Assembly (NCBI GenBank): GCA_050251875.1 | Contig: JBFWMA010000013.1 | Location: forward strand, 1 to 35,036 | DNA: 35,036 nucleotides | Source: Deferribacterales bacterium | GTDB taxonomy: Bacteria; Chrysiogenota; Deferribacteres; Deferribacterales; Geovibrionaceae | Reading direction: 5' to 3' | In this document: positions 8,091 through 16,724 of the stretch, one piece after another | Layout of the letters: the number at the start of each line of letters is the position of its first letter | Position numbering within the stretch: position 1 is the first letter of the stretch | Program-made: the position numbers and the translations under genes | Notes under the pieces: model-generated | Database searches by the model: none | Told to the model about the DNA's origin: nothing | The model's input: the letters and a program-made list of their open reading frames with translations, nothing else

Positions 8091-9182
8091 ATGATTAAAA
8101 AAGTCATCACAGACACATACGAAGACGTCCATTTCAGCGACAAATACGATGCCTACGCCGTGGGCGTCATGCTGAGGGAGCTGGACGTTCGCTCCGCCCA
8201 TTTTGCCAGACTTCCGCTGGCGGCTGATGTCAGAGATTTTCTGAAAGGCGAGCTGATAACCAACTCGCTCTATTCCACAGCCAGCATAGGACGTCCGGAC
8301 ATAGACGAGGAGGACGCCAGAGCATATCTGTCGGGAAAGAAAGACGCTCTGGACGAGACACAGGCAAAATTTCTCGTTAACATCAAGCGTGCCGAGGAAT
8401 ACATCGACAAGACATATAAAACATTCGAGCTGACGCCGGAAAACCTGCGCAAGCTCCACATGATATACATCATGGATACATCAGAAGGACTGCCCGGAGT
8501 ATTTCGAACAGGGCAAAAGCAGGAACTGTCCAAGGACTATACCCCGCCGAAAAGCTCTCTGGAAGAGCTGACAGGCGATTTTTGCAGATGGTTCAACTCC
8601 GGCGAGATGCTGGACAAGCACCCTCTGGTGCGGGCTTTTCTGGCGCACTACCACATCGGCATGCTCCAGCCGTTCACCAATGCCAACGGCAGGGTAGCCA
8701 GAGCTGTGGAGGCGATCATCCTGAAACAGTCCGGACATCTCTATCTGCACCATTCTCTGGCGCAGTATTATAGACGAAATAGAAAAGATTATATAAAAGC
8801 GTTCATAAAAAACGAGAAAACAGGCGGATTCGATATGACTCCGTTCCTTCTCTTTTGTCTGGACGGCGCCTCACGCTCATATAAGATGCTGACTGACACA
8901 GCGGTCAGCGGGCTGAGGCTGATCGGCGTGAGAGACCATATCCGCATGCTCCGTCTGAAACGCTCCATAACAGAGCGCCAGCAGACTCTTCTGGATATTC
9001 TCTTCCGTTATGACAAGCCTTTCTGTCTTACGGATCTTCTGGCTAACCCCATATTCAGCGGGCTTTACAGAGGCATGACGGAAAACACCGCCAGAAACGA
9101 TATCAAACGTCTGAAAGAACTGAGCATGATAACCTCTGATGACGGAAAACTCTATTCCTTCAACCGTTTCGTGATCGGCTGA
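8091..9182 (+). CDS. Fic family protein with C-terminal HTH; catalytic motif degenerate
   Basis: PGVFRTGQ, HPLVRAFLAHYH, motif QPFTNANGRVAR (canonical HPFxDGNGRxxR), C-terminal TENTARNDIKRLKELSMI HTH; ATG 8091 preferred over TTG 8076. Confidence 0.88.
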   Translation: MIKKVITDTYEDVHFSDKYDAYAVGVMLRELDVRSAHFARLPLAADVRDFLKGELITNSLYSTASIGRPDIDEEDARAYLSGKKDALDETQAKFLVNIKRAEEYIDKTYKTFELTPENLRKLHMIYIMDTSEGLPGVFRTGQKQELSKDYTPPKSSLEELTGDFCRWFNSGEMLDKHPLVRAFLAHYHIGMLQPFTNANGRVARAVEAIILKQSGHLYLHHSLAQYYRRNRKDYIKAFIKNEKTGGFDMTPFLLFCLDGASRSYKMLTDTAVSGLRLIGVRDHIRMLRLKRSITERQQTLLDILFRYDKPFCLTDLLANPIFSGLYRGMTENTARNDIKRLKELSMITSDDGKLYSFNRFVIG

Positions 9183-9183
9183 T

Positions 9184-10068
9184 ATGTATCTCTGTTTTGA
9201 CATAGGCGGAACAAACATAAAGGCGGGCATGTTCTCTCCGGACGGCACGCTCATAGAAAAGGCGTCTACAAAGACTCCTTCGGACTATGAAGGCATCATC
9301 AGAGCCATCAGTGAGATAGCGGAAAAATTCAGCGGGTTCGAGGCATGCGCCATCGCTGTTCCGGGCACTTGCGCCCCGAACGAGGGACAGGTTATATTCT
9401 GCCCCAACCTGACAGCTTTAAACGGTAAAAATCTGAAAAACGACCTTCAAACCATAATGAATACACCCATATATCTGGAAAATGACGGCAATATGGCGGC
9501 GCTGGGCGAATATTTCTTTTATGAAAAAAACCGGATAAAAAACATGATATTCCTCACGCTGGGCACAGGGCTCGGCGGCGGAGCTGTTCTGAACGGCGAG
9601 CTTCTGACATCGGACATATCCATGTTCGAGGCGGGTCACATAAACATAGACCCTGAGGGCAGACGCTGCGGATGCGGAAAACGGGGCTGTCTGGAGACAT
9701 ACGTCAGCGTGGGCGGGCTTCTGCGCACATACAACAGTCTTTCATCCAGCAAAGAAGAGCTGGACAGCGCAAACAAAGTGTATAACCTCTATAAAGCGGG
9801 CGACAAGGTTGCTTCTCTGGCTTATGAGGTTCTGGGCGGATATCTCGCCATTGGCATGGCTACGCTTTCTAATATTCTGGTACCGCAGAAGATAAAAATA
9901 GGTGGAGGTCTCTCCGAAATGGCTGACGCTTTTCTGCCGAACACATACAGAGTCTTTTCCAGACATGTATATCCTTCTTACAGAGACAGGGTATCCATAG
10001 AGCTTTCCAGTCTCCGCAACAACGCCGGTCTCTCCGGCTGCGCCGCTATGTGCATCTCAAAGAAATAA
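9184..10068 (+). CDS. ROK family sugar kinase (glucokinase-like)
   Basis: FDIGGTNIK, LENDGNMAALGE, LTLGTGLGGG, EAGH, CGCGKRGCLE zinc motif; no N-terminal HTH. Confidence 0.93.
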   Translation: MYLCFDIGGTNIKAGMFSPDGTLIEKASTKTPSDYEGIIRAISEIAEKFSGFEACAIAVPGTCAPNEGQVIFCPNLTALNGKNLKNDLQTIMNTPIYLENDGNMAALGEYFFYEKNRIKNMIFLTLGTGLGGGAVLNGELLTSDISMFEAGHINIDPEGRRCGCGKRGCLETYVSVGGLLRTYNSLSSSKEELDSANKVYNLYKAGDKVASLAYEVLGGYLAIGMATLSNILVPQKIKIGGGLSEMADAFLPNTYRVFSRHVYPSYRDRVSIELSSLRNNAGLSGCAAMCISKK

Positions 10069-10650
10069 AGGAACAAAGACCGGAGCGAGCCCCGAAAGAA
10101 TGACCCCGTGGACGAATCCCGTCACGGCGGCTTTTTTCCCGGCATATTTTTCTATCACGGGAAGTGTCACGTCCATGGTGGTGGCTCCACCGGGAGCAAC
10201 GGCGGCATAAGCCCCGAAATGCTTCGCTATGAACGGCACGGTCAGAAGGGTTATGGTCTCTCTGAATACGTTGGACAAAAAGGCGATAGCGCCTAAATCG
10301 GCTCCCTTAGCCTGCGCTATCATCACCGCAGACAGCGAATACCAGCCGAAACCGGAAGCGATGGCGAGCCCGTCTCTGACATACAGCCCGGTGATGAGCG
10401 CCGCCAGATAACCGCCGAAAAGAGTTCCCAGCACTGTCCCCAGAGGAACCAGAAGGGTGAATCTGTCCGCCTTGAAGAGAGTTCTGAGCGATTCTTTATT
10501 ATTACCAATGTCAAAGCCTATCAGAAAAAGAAGAGCTATCAGCGATATATCCGTCAGCGAGACGCACATGTTCACCAGCTCCGCAGGGAGATACTGTAAA
10601 TAAGCAGTCACTGCGCCGATAAGGATAGACGCCAGCATAACGGCTATCAT
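10057..10650 (-). CDS. LysO family (lysine exporter) transporter, C-terminal subunit
   Basis: ASGFGWYSLS, AFLSNVFRE, GGATTMDVTLPVI motifs; hydrophobic. Confidence 0.88.
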   Translation of the reverse strand: MIAVMLASILIGAVTAYLQYLPAELVNMCVSLTDISLIALLFLIGFDIGNNKESLRTLFKADRFTLLVPLGTVLGTLFGGYLAALITGLYVRDGLAIASGFGWYSLSAVMIAQAKGADLGAIAFLSNVFRETITLLTVPFIAKHFGAYAAVAPGGATTMDVTLPVIEKYAGKKAAVTGFVHGVILSGLAPVFVPLFL

Positions 10651-10919
10651 GCTCCGCTCCTTTTGAACAGTCTGGTTATGATGAGCACACTGATGATGCT
10701 GAACACCACCACGCAGACGCTCATTACCAGAGACACATAGCCGAAGTTAGCCAGTTTGCCCAGAATCTCAGAATCTTTGCCCAGACTCACTCCCATGAAA
10801 AAAAGCAGAGCGATAAGGGCAATGTTGAAGAAAATGTTTTTGGTCTTGGATAAAAATCCGGAGGGCAGCAAAACGCCCGCTATGAGCCCCGCAATCAGGG
10901 CGAGAATATATGTAAGCAT
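10647..10919 (-). CDS. LysO family transporter, small N-terminal subunit
   Basis: 90 aa with 3 TM segments, LLFFMGVSLG motif; ATGA overlap with the next gene. Confidence 0.8.
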   Translation of the reverse strand: MLTYILALIAGLIAGVLLPSGFLSKTKNIFFNIALIALLFFMGVSLGKDSEILGKLANFGYVSLVMSVCVVVFSIISVLIITRLFKRSGA

Positions 10920-10923
10920 CGGC

Positions 10924-11463
10924 TTATATACCGAATATCTTTTTGATTTCGCACAGGGTGAGAACGCTGAAAATATCGTCCCTGCCCTGCTTGTCTATCA
11001 CCACAGCCTTTCCCGCGATCTTCGCTCCGGCTTCCTCCACCAGCGTTTCCATAGCTCTCAGAGTGTGTCCTCTGGCGAAAAAATCATCCACAAACAGCAG
11101 TCTGTCGCCGTGATTCAGCACCTCTTTCGAAACAAAGAGGCTGGTCTCCTCCTGCTTGGTAAAGCTGAAGCTGGAAGCGGTATAATATCCGTCCATGGTG
11201 AGCGGTTTTTTCTTTTTCGCATAGATATAATCGCAGTCCAGATAGAATGCCGCCGCCTGAGCCACGACTATTCCGCTCGCCTCCACCGTGATTATCTTGT
11301 CTATGTTTTTCGATCTGAAGTGGTCGGCTATCTCGCTGCCGATGGCTTTCATCAGCTTTACATCCACCTGATGGTTAAGAAAGGTATCGACTTTCACTAT
11401 GTCGCCGTTCACCTTGCCTTCTGTTTTCAGCATATCCACTAACATTTGACCTGCGGGTGTCAT
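10924..11463 (-). CDS. xpt: Xanthine phosphoribosyltransferase
   Basis: IVKVDTFLNHQVD, ITVEASGI, SFTK, PRPP-binding LFVDDFFARG; follows a purine ABC transporter. Confidence 0.88.
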   Translation of the reverse strand: MTPAGQMLVDMLKTEGKVNGDIVKVDTFLNHQVDVKLMKAIGSEIADHFRSKNIDKIITVEASGIVVAQAAAFYLDCDYIYAKKKKPLTMDGYYTASSFSFTKQEETSLFVSKEVLNHGDRLLFVDDFFARGHTLRAMETLVEEAGAKIAGKAVVIDKQGRDDIFSVLTLCEIKKIFGI

Positions 11464-12380
11464 TTCCTGTCCTCTCTGTCATAAGGCACACCCAGCGCCT
11501 CCGGTTCCGGCGTTGTGCCTTTTTCCAGACGCATGGTGGCGAATATCAGAACAATAATAGTAAATATATACGGAAGCATCATAAGCAGATGCGGAGAAAG
11601 ACTGGTTCCCATAGCCTGCATCCTGAGCTGGACGGCGTTGATTCCGCCGAAAAGATAGGCTCCGGCAAGCGCTCTGGTGCTGTTCCACTGGGCGAAGATA
11701 ACAAGGGCAACTGCTATCCAGCCTCTTCCGGCGGACATGTTTTCCACCCAGAAGGGAGTATATGCCAGCGACAGATAAGCTCCGCCTATTCCGGCGAGAC
11801 CGGACCCCACCAGAACAGCGCTGAATCTGTACAGATTCACATTTACGCCGGACGTGTCCGCGGCGGCGGGATTCTCTCCCACAGAGCGCAGATGCAGTCC
11901 CCAGCGTGATTTATAAAGAAAAAGATGAATAAACACAACAAGCATGACAGAAAAATACACCAGCACGTCATGGTTGAAAATTGCCTGACCGATCACCGGG
12001 ATTTTAGACAGCAGAGGAATGGGGGTTCTGTCGAATCCGGAAATGGTAAGCCCCACGGCGGAACGCCCGAAAAGAGACGTTATGCCTATGCCGAACATAG
12101 TCAGGGAAAGACCGCTGACTATCTGGTTGCCCCGGAGATATACGCAGATGAACCCGTGGATAGCTCCCGCCGCCATAGAGGCGAAAAAAGCCGCCATAAC
12201 GCCCAGAAACAGGCTGTGGGTGGTATATGCCACCGTGAATCCTGTCAGAGCGCCCACCAGCATCAGCCCCTCTACACCGAGGTTTATGATGCCTGATCTC
12301 TCCATGATGATAGCACCCAGTGTGGCGAAAAGCAGCGGAGTACCCGCCTTTATGGTCGCATAGAGCAGAATCTCTATCAT
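11460..12380 (-). CDS. Nucleoside/purine ABC transporter permease 2
   Basis: TPLLFATLG..IMERSGIINLGVEG, LRSVGENP.AAD, GRGWIAVALVIF, PEALGVPY. Confidence 0.93.
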   Translation of the reverse strand: MIEILLYATIKAGTPLLFATLGAIIMERSGIINLGVEGLMLVGALTGFTVAYTTHSLFLGVMAAFFASMAAGAIHGFICVYLRGNQIVSGLSLTMFGIGITSLFGRSAVGLTISGFDRTPIPLLSKIPVIGQAIFNHDVLVYFSVMLVVFIHLFLYKSRWGLHLRSVGENPAAADTSGVNVNLYRFSAVLVGSGLAGIGGAYLSLAYTPFWVENMSAGRGWIAVALVIFAQWNSTRALAGAYLFGGINAVQLRMQAMGTSLSPHLLMMLPYIFTIIVLIFATMRLEKGTTPEPEALGVPYDREDRK

Positions 12381-13435
12381 TTTCCGCTCCTTCTGATCGT
12401 TATCTTGTTATGTATGAAGAAGTCAGAGGCGAGGATGAAGAACAGTATAAGCCCCTGAAACATGTTTACGAACGCTACCGGAAGCTGCATGAGAATCTGT
12501 AAACTGTCGCCGCCCACCAGTATCACCGCCATGATGACGGAGACGATAAGAACACCTATGGCGCTCCTGCCCGCCAGCCACGCCACTATGATAGCGGTAT
12601 AGCCGTATCCCTGCGAAATGCCTTCCTGAAGCCTGCCCTGAACACCCGCCACCTCAACGTATCCGGCTATGCCTGCCAGAGCGCCGCTCAAGAACATCAC
12701 GCCGATGATGCTCCTGTCGATCTTGATTCCGGCGTATTTGGCAGCGTTCGGGTTGTCGCCGATCACTTTTATCTCGTAACCCCAGATGGTCTTCTCCACC
12801 AGAATATAGAGGAGGATAACCAAAGCTAAAGCCAGAAGAAATCCGGTGTTGAGTCTGTATGTCATGAAGTGCGACAGCATTATATCCGGTGAAAAACGCT
12901 GTGTTATGGGAAAGTTAAAACCTTTCGGGTCTTTCCACGGTCCATAGACCAGATAGGAAACCCATGCGGCGGCGATATAATTCATCAGCAGGGTAACGAT
13001 AATCTCGTTCACCCTGACCTTCGCCTTCAGAAATCCGGCGACAGACGCCCAGAGTCCTCCGCAGACAGCCGCCGCCAGAAACATTCCCACCATAGCGGCA
13101 AAACCTGTGAGTCCGGAGAACAGAGCCACCCATGAAGCGCCTATAGCGCCCATATAAAGCTGACCGTCAGCGCCGATGTTCCATATTTTCATACGGAAGG
13201 CGATGGAAACGCCAAGTCCGGTGAATATAAGCGGTGTCGCCTTCACCAGTGTTTCGGTGATGCCGTATACACTGCCCAGAGACTCATGGAACATGCCTAT
13301 GTATGCCTTCAGCGGGTTGACCCCGGCGAACAGCATGATGCATCCGGCTGTTGTCAGTGCCAGCAGAACCGAAATAAACGGCGCTGTCACGGCAAAGTAT
13401 TTTGATATATCTTTTCGTTTTTCAAATCTTATCAC
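12377..13435 (-). CDS. Nucleoside/purine ABC transporter permease 1
   Basis: ATPLIFTGLGV, WNIGADGQ, VNEIIVTLLMNY, GYGYTAIIVAWL. Confidence 0.93.
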   Translation of the reverse strand: MIRFEKRKDISKYFAVTAPFISVLLALTTAGCIMLFAGVNPLKAYIGMFHESLGSVYGITETLVKATPLIFTGLGVSIAFRMKIWNIGADGQLYMGAIGASWVALFSGLTGFAAMVGMFLAAAVCGGLWASVAGFLKAKVRVNEIIVTLLMNYIAAAWVSYLVYGPWKDPKGFNFPITQRFSPDIMLSHFMTYRLNTGFLLALALVILLYILVEKTIWGYEIKVIGDNPNAAKYAGIKIDRSIIGVMFLSGALAGIAGYVEVAGVQGRLQEGISQGYGYTAIIVAWLAGRSAIGVLIVSVIMAVILVGGDSLQILMQLPVAFVNMFQGLILFFILASDFFIHNKITIRRSGK

Positions 13436-14940
13436 GGCAGAGACTCCCCGCTCATCAGAAGCCCGATCTCCTCTCTGGTGGTTTTTTTCGGATCAACCAC
13501 ACCGGTTATCTCGCCTCTGAACATTACAGCCACGCGGTCGGACAGTTTGAGCAGTTCGTCCAGATCTTCGGATATGAGAATGGTGCTCATGTCCTCCTCT
13601 CTGGCGTCCATGATTACCTTATGCACATATTCGGCTGAACCGATGTCCAGTCCTCTGGTGGGATACAGAGCCACCAGAACGCTGGGGCGCAGGGACAACT
13701 CACGGGCGATGATCACCTTCTGGATGTTTCCGCCGGAAAGGAGTCTCACCGGAGCGCCTTTCGGTCCGGTTTTTATGGCAAAAGCCTCTATCTGCTCACG
13801 GGCATTCTCTTCAATCGCTTTTCTGTTCTGGATGAACAGTTTTCTGAATCTTTTGTTCTTATAGCTTTTCAATATCAGGTTGTCGTCCACAGACATCTCC
13901 GGAGCTATCCCTATGGCTTTTCTGTCTTCGGGAACGTGAGCTATGCCGGCAATGTGCGACTGTCTGCTGTCGGCGTTTGTAATGTCTGTGCCGCCTGTGG
14001 TTATCTTTCCGGCTTTGGGATTTTTGAGCCCTGTCAGCACCTCTGCCAGAGTTTTCTGACCGTTTCCGGCGACACCGGCTATCCCCAGTATCTCGCCCTT
14101 TCTCAGGTCGATGGAAAAATCTATGAGGTCGCTCATGTTCTTGTCTTTGTCAGCGTAAAGATGCTCTATGGAAAGGATAACCGAGCTGAATGTTTTTTCT
14201 GTTTTTTCCCAGACCGGCACTTCGTCCGTGCCTATCATCAGCCCCGCCAGAACGTTTTCATCGAAACTGCCCCGGATCAGCTCTTTTACAGATGATCCTT
14301 TTTTCAGGATGGTTACACGGTCGGACAGCTCCATCACCTCACGCATTTTGTGAGAAATGAATATGATTGATTTTCCTTCGCTTCTGAGCTGTTTCAAGAA
14401 TCTGAACAGCCTGTCTGCCTCCTGCGGGGTCAGGACAGCGGTGGGTTCGTCCAGAATCAGCACACGGCAGTCCCTTATCAGCAGTTTGATAAGCTCCACC
14501 CACTGTTGCTGTCCGATGGACAGCTTCCAGATGGGCTCGTCCAGCTCTATGGATATGTTGAATTTTCTGATTATTTCGGTGATGCGTTTTTTCAGCCTCT
14601 TTCTGCTGAAAAAGAACGGAATGTCTTCCACGGCAAGCAGTATATTCTCAAAAACAGTATGGCTGTATACCAGCATAAAGTGCTGATGCACCATGCCTAT
14701 CCCGGCTCTGATAGAGTCTTTGGGCGATTTGAATATAGACGGACTGCCATCGATGAGTATATTTCCGGAATCCGGACTGTATAGTCCGTTCAGAACGTTC
14801 ATCAGGGTGCTTTTTCCCGCTCCGTTTTCACCGAGCAGGGTATGTATTTCTCCCTCATAGATGTTAAGACAAACACCGTCCAGCGCACGCACGCCGGGAA
14901 ATGTCTTAACCACAGAGTCGATTTTCAGTATAGGTTCCAA
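13432..14940 (-). CDS. CUT2-type ABC transporter ATP-binding protein (two domains)
   Basis: GENGAGKST, GIGMVHQHF, LILDEPTAVL, LSGGNIQK, PTRGLD; TTG start. Confidence 0.95.
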   Translation of the reverse strand: MEPILKIDSVVKTFPGVRALDGVCLNIYEGEIHTLLGENGAGKSTLMNVLNGLYSPDSGNILIDGSPSIFKSPKDSIRAGIGMVHQHFMLVYSHTVFENILLAVEDIPFFFSRKRLKKRITEIIRKFNISIELDEPIWKLSIGQQQWVELIKLLIRDCRVLILDEPTAVLTPQEADRLFRFLKQLRSEGKSIIFISHKMREVMELSDRVTILKKGSSVKELIRGSFDENVLAGLMIGTDEVPVWEKTEKTFSSVILSIEHLYADKDKNMSDLIDFSIDLRKGEILGIAGVAGNGQKTLAEVLTGLKNPKAGKITTGGTDITNADSRQSHIAGIAHVPEDRKAIGIAPEMSVDDNLILKSYKNKRFRKLFIQNRKAIEENAREQIEAFAIKTGPKGAPVRLLSGGNIQKVIIARELSLRPSVLVALYPTRGLDIGSAEYVHKVIMDAREEDMSTILISEDLDELLKLSDRVAVMFRGEITGVVDPKKTTREEIGLLMSGESLP

Positions 14941-14948
14941 TTATCACC

Positions 14949-14986
14949 AAAAAAATAAGCCGCCCTCCCGATAAAAGGAGGACGGC
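14949..14986 (-). terminator. Intra-operon terminator-like or mRNA-stabilising hairpin after the BMP gene
   Basis: Minus strand GCCGTCCTCC-N8-GGAGGGCGGC followed by TTATTTTTTT. Confidence 0.7.
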
Positions 14987-14999
14987 AAAAGAAGATTTA

Positions 15000-16100
15000 T
15001 TATTCGGGGATGCTGCCCTGCACGCCTTCCACCAGGAAGTTCATGCTGAGTTTTTCAGCGTCTGTAAGGGATTTACCCTCTTCTACAGCTACATTGCCCT
15101 TATTGTCTTTGATAGGACCTGTAAATATGTCGTCATTGCCGGAAGCGAACTGCGCTTTTTTCTCGTTTACCAGAGCCTGAACATCTTCGGGGACAAGTTT
15201 GCTCATGGGAGCGAGGTCTACGAGATTATGCTCCAGACCGTACCAGAGCTGCTCTGATTTCCATGTGCCGTTATGGACCTGCTCAGCCACCTGAGTATAG
15301 ATGCTGCCCCAGTTCCACACGGGAGCTGTCAGCCACGCGCCGGGAACCTGTGAAGCCATGTCGGAGTTGTATCCGATGGCGTATGCGCCTCTTTTTTCAG
15401 CCGCCTGAAGGGGAGCAGGAGTATCCTGGTGCATTGTGATGACGTCTGCTTTTACATCCAGCAGAGAATCAGCGGCGTCACGCTCTTTCGCCGGGTCGAA
15501 CCATGTCTGTGTCCAGACAACTTTTACAACGGCATCGGGGTTAACACTGCGCACGCCCAGAGTAAAGGCATTGATGCCTCTGATAACCTCGGGAATGGGG
15601 AAAGCGCCGACATAGCCGATGATGTTTGTTTTTGTCATTTTGCCTGCCACCATACCGGAAAGGTAACGGGGCTGGTATATACGTCCGAAATATGTGCCCA
15701 CGTTTTCAGCGGCTTTATATCCGGAACAGTGCATAAAGGTCACATCGGGAAATTTGGAAGCCACTTCGATGGTGGGATCCATATAGCCGAAGCTGGTTGT
15801 GAAGATAAGGTTATATCCTTTCTGAGCCAGGCTGGTGATTATTCTGGTAGACTCAGCTCCTTCCGGAACGGATTCTATGAATGTAACATCCTTAACATAA
15901 GGAAGTTTTGCCATTACCTGTCTGCCCATATCGTGGGCGAATGTCCATCCGCCGTCACCAACGGGACCGACATATACAAAAGCCGCTTTGATCTCTTTGC
16001 CTGTGTCGGCGGGAGCCTTAACCTCTTCCTCTTTCTTCTTGGAACAGCCAAAAAGAAGAAGGAAGGACGCAAGGATCGCTGACATAACGATTTTCTTCAT
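15000..16100 (-). CDS. BMP family ABC substrate-binding lipoprotein (purine nucleoside)
   Basis: Lipobox LFGC, FVYVGPVGDGGW, IFTTSFGYMD, PEVIRGINAF.LG, WFDP..E. Confidence 0.95.
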   Translation of the reverse strand: MKKIVMSAILASFLLLFGCSKKKEEEVKAPADTGKEIKAAFVYVGPVGDGGWTFAHDMGRQVMAKLPYVKDVTFIESVPEGAESTRIITSLAQKGYNLIFTTSFGYMDPTIEVASKFPDVTFMHCSGYKAAENVGTYFGRIYQPRYLSGMVAGKMTKTNIIGYVGAFPIPEVIRGINAFTLGVRSVNPDAVVKVVWTQTWFDPAKERDAADSLLDVKADVITMHQDTPAPLQAAEKRGAYAIGYNSDMASQVPGAWLTAPVWNWGSIYTQVAEQVHNGTWKSEQLWYGLEHNLVDLAPMSKLVPEDVQALVNEKKAQFASGNDDIFTGPIKDNKGNVAVEEGKSLTDAEKLSMNFLVEGVQGSIPE

Positions 16101-16164
16101 ATTCCACCTCTAAAGTTGTCCTTACTATTCTACTAAATCAGCGGCACACACAGCCGCTGTGTCC

Positions 16165-16668
16165 TCACTGTCTGCTGAAGTCTCTGTCAGTGTCTATCAC
16201 CACGGAATATTCGCCTAAGTTGTTCATCAGATGAATCTGTTTGAATGTGTAGCGTATTTTATAGAGCTCATATCCGTCTGTGTCATGCACTATTTTCAGA
16301 TTGCCTATGAATTCGGTAGCGCCGAACATCTTAACGGAAGATTTATATGGATATCCGCCGGCGAAATATGCGGCGTACAGATCGCCTTTAAACCCTTCCA
16401 TCTGTTCATCGGAAAGCGGCAGGCTTCTGCGTGAGATTTTGAAGACGCCTTTATCATAAGAGATATCAGCATAGCCCTGATAAAAGTCGGAAAACATCTT
16501 AGCCCGGAAAAAATCGTCCTCCACCGCTGTGGAAGACAGAAGAGAAACATATTTGTCGCCAGTGGCAACAGTCACCCTCTGGTTGAAAGGAGTTCTGCCC
16601 ATATAAAAATCAGCTCCGCATGAATATAAGAAGATACTAATAAATAAGAGCAATATGGTATTTTTCAA
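16165..16668 (-). CDS. Hypothetical lipoprotein
   Basis: 167 aa, TTG start with GGAGGG RBS, signal peptide ending LYSC. Confidence 0.7.
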   Translation of the reverse strand: MKNTILLLFISIFLYSCGADFYMGRTPFNQRVTVATGDKYVSLLSSTAVEDDFFRAKMFSDFYQGYADISYDKGVFKISRRSLPLSDEQMEGFKGDLYAAYFAGGYPYKSSVKMFGATEFIGNLKIVHDTDGYELYKIRYTFKQIHLMNNLGEYSVVIDTDRDFSRQ

Positions 16669-16724
16669 GACTCCCTCCGTAAAAGAAAAGGATATCAGAC
16701 ATCGAAAAAAAAATCAAAATATTA

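Noticed and set aside
4991..9182. Complete prophage or PICI-type satellite
   Set aside because: No integrase, primase or replication, capsid, tail or lysis genes and no flanking direct repeats were seen; the flanks are ordinary host genes.
8091..9182. Active Fic toxin or toxin-antitoxin pair
   Set aside because: The catalytic His is absent and there is no adjacent small antitoxin ORF.
10057..10919. Frameshifted lysO pseudogene
   Set aside because: The two ORFs join by an ATGA overlap with a GGAG RBS, consistent with a natural two-gene form.
16101..16164. Purine riboswitch upstream of the BMP-xpt operon
   Set aside because: The gap is only 64 nt with one short hairpin (AGCGGC-N7-GCCGCT) and no purine aptamer consensus.
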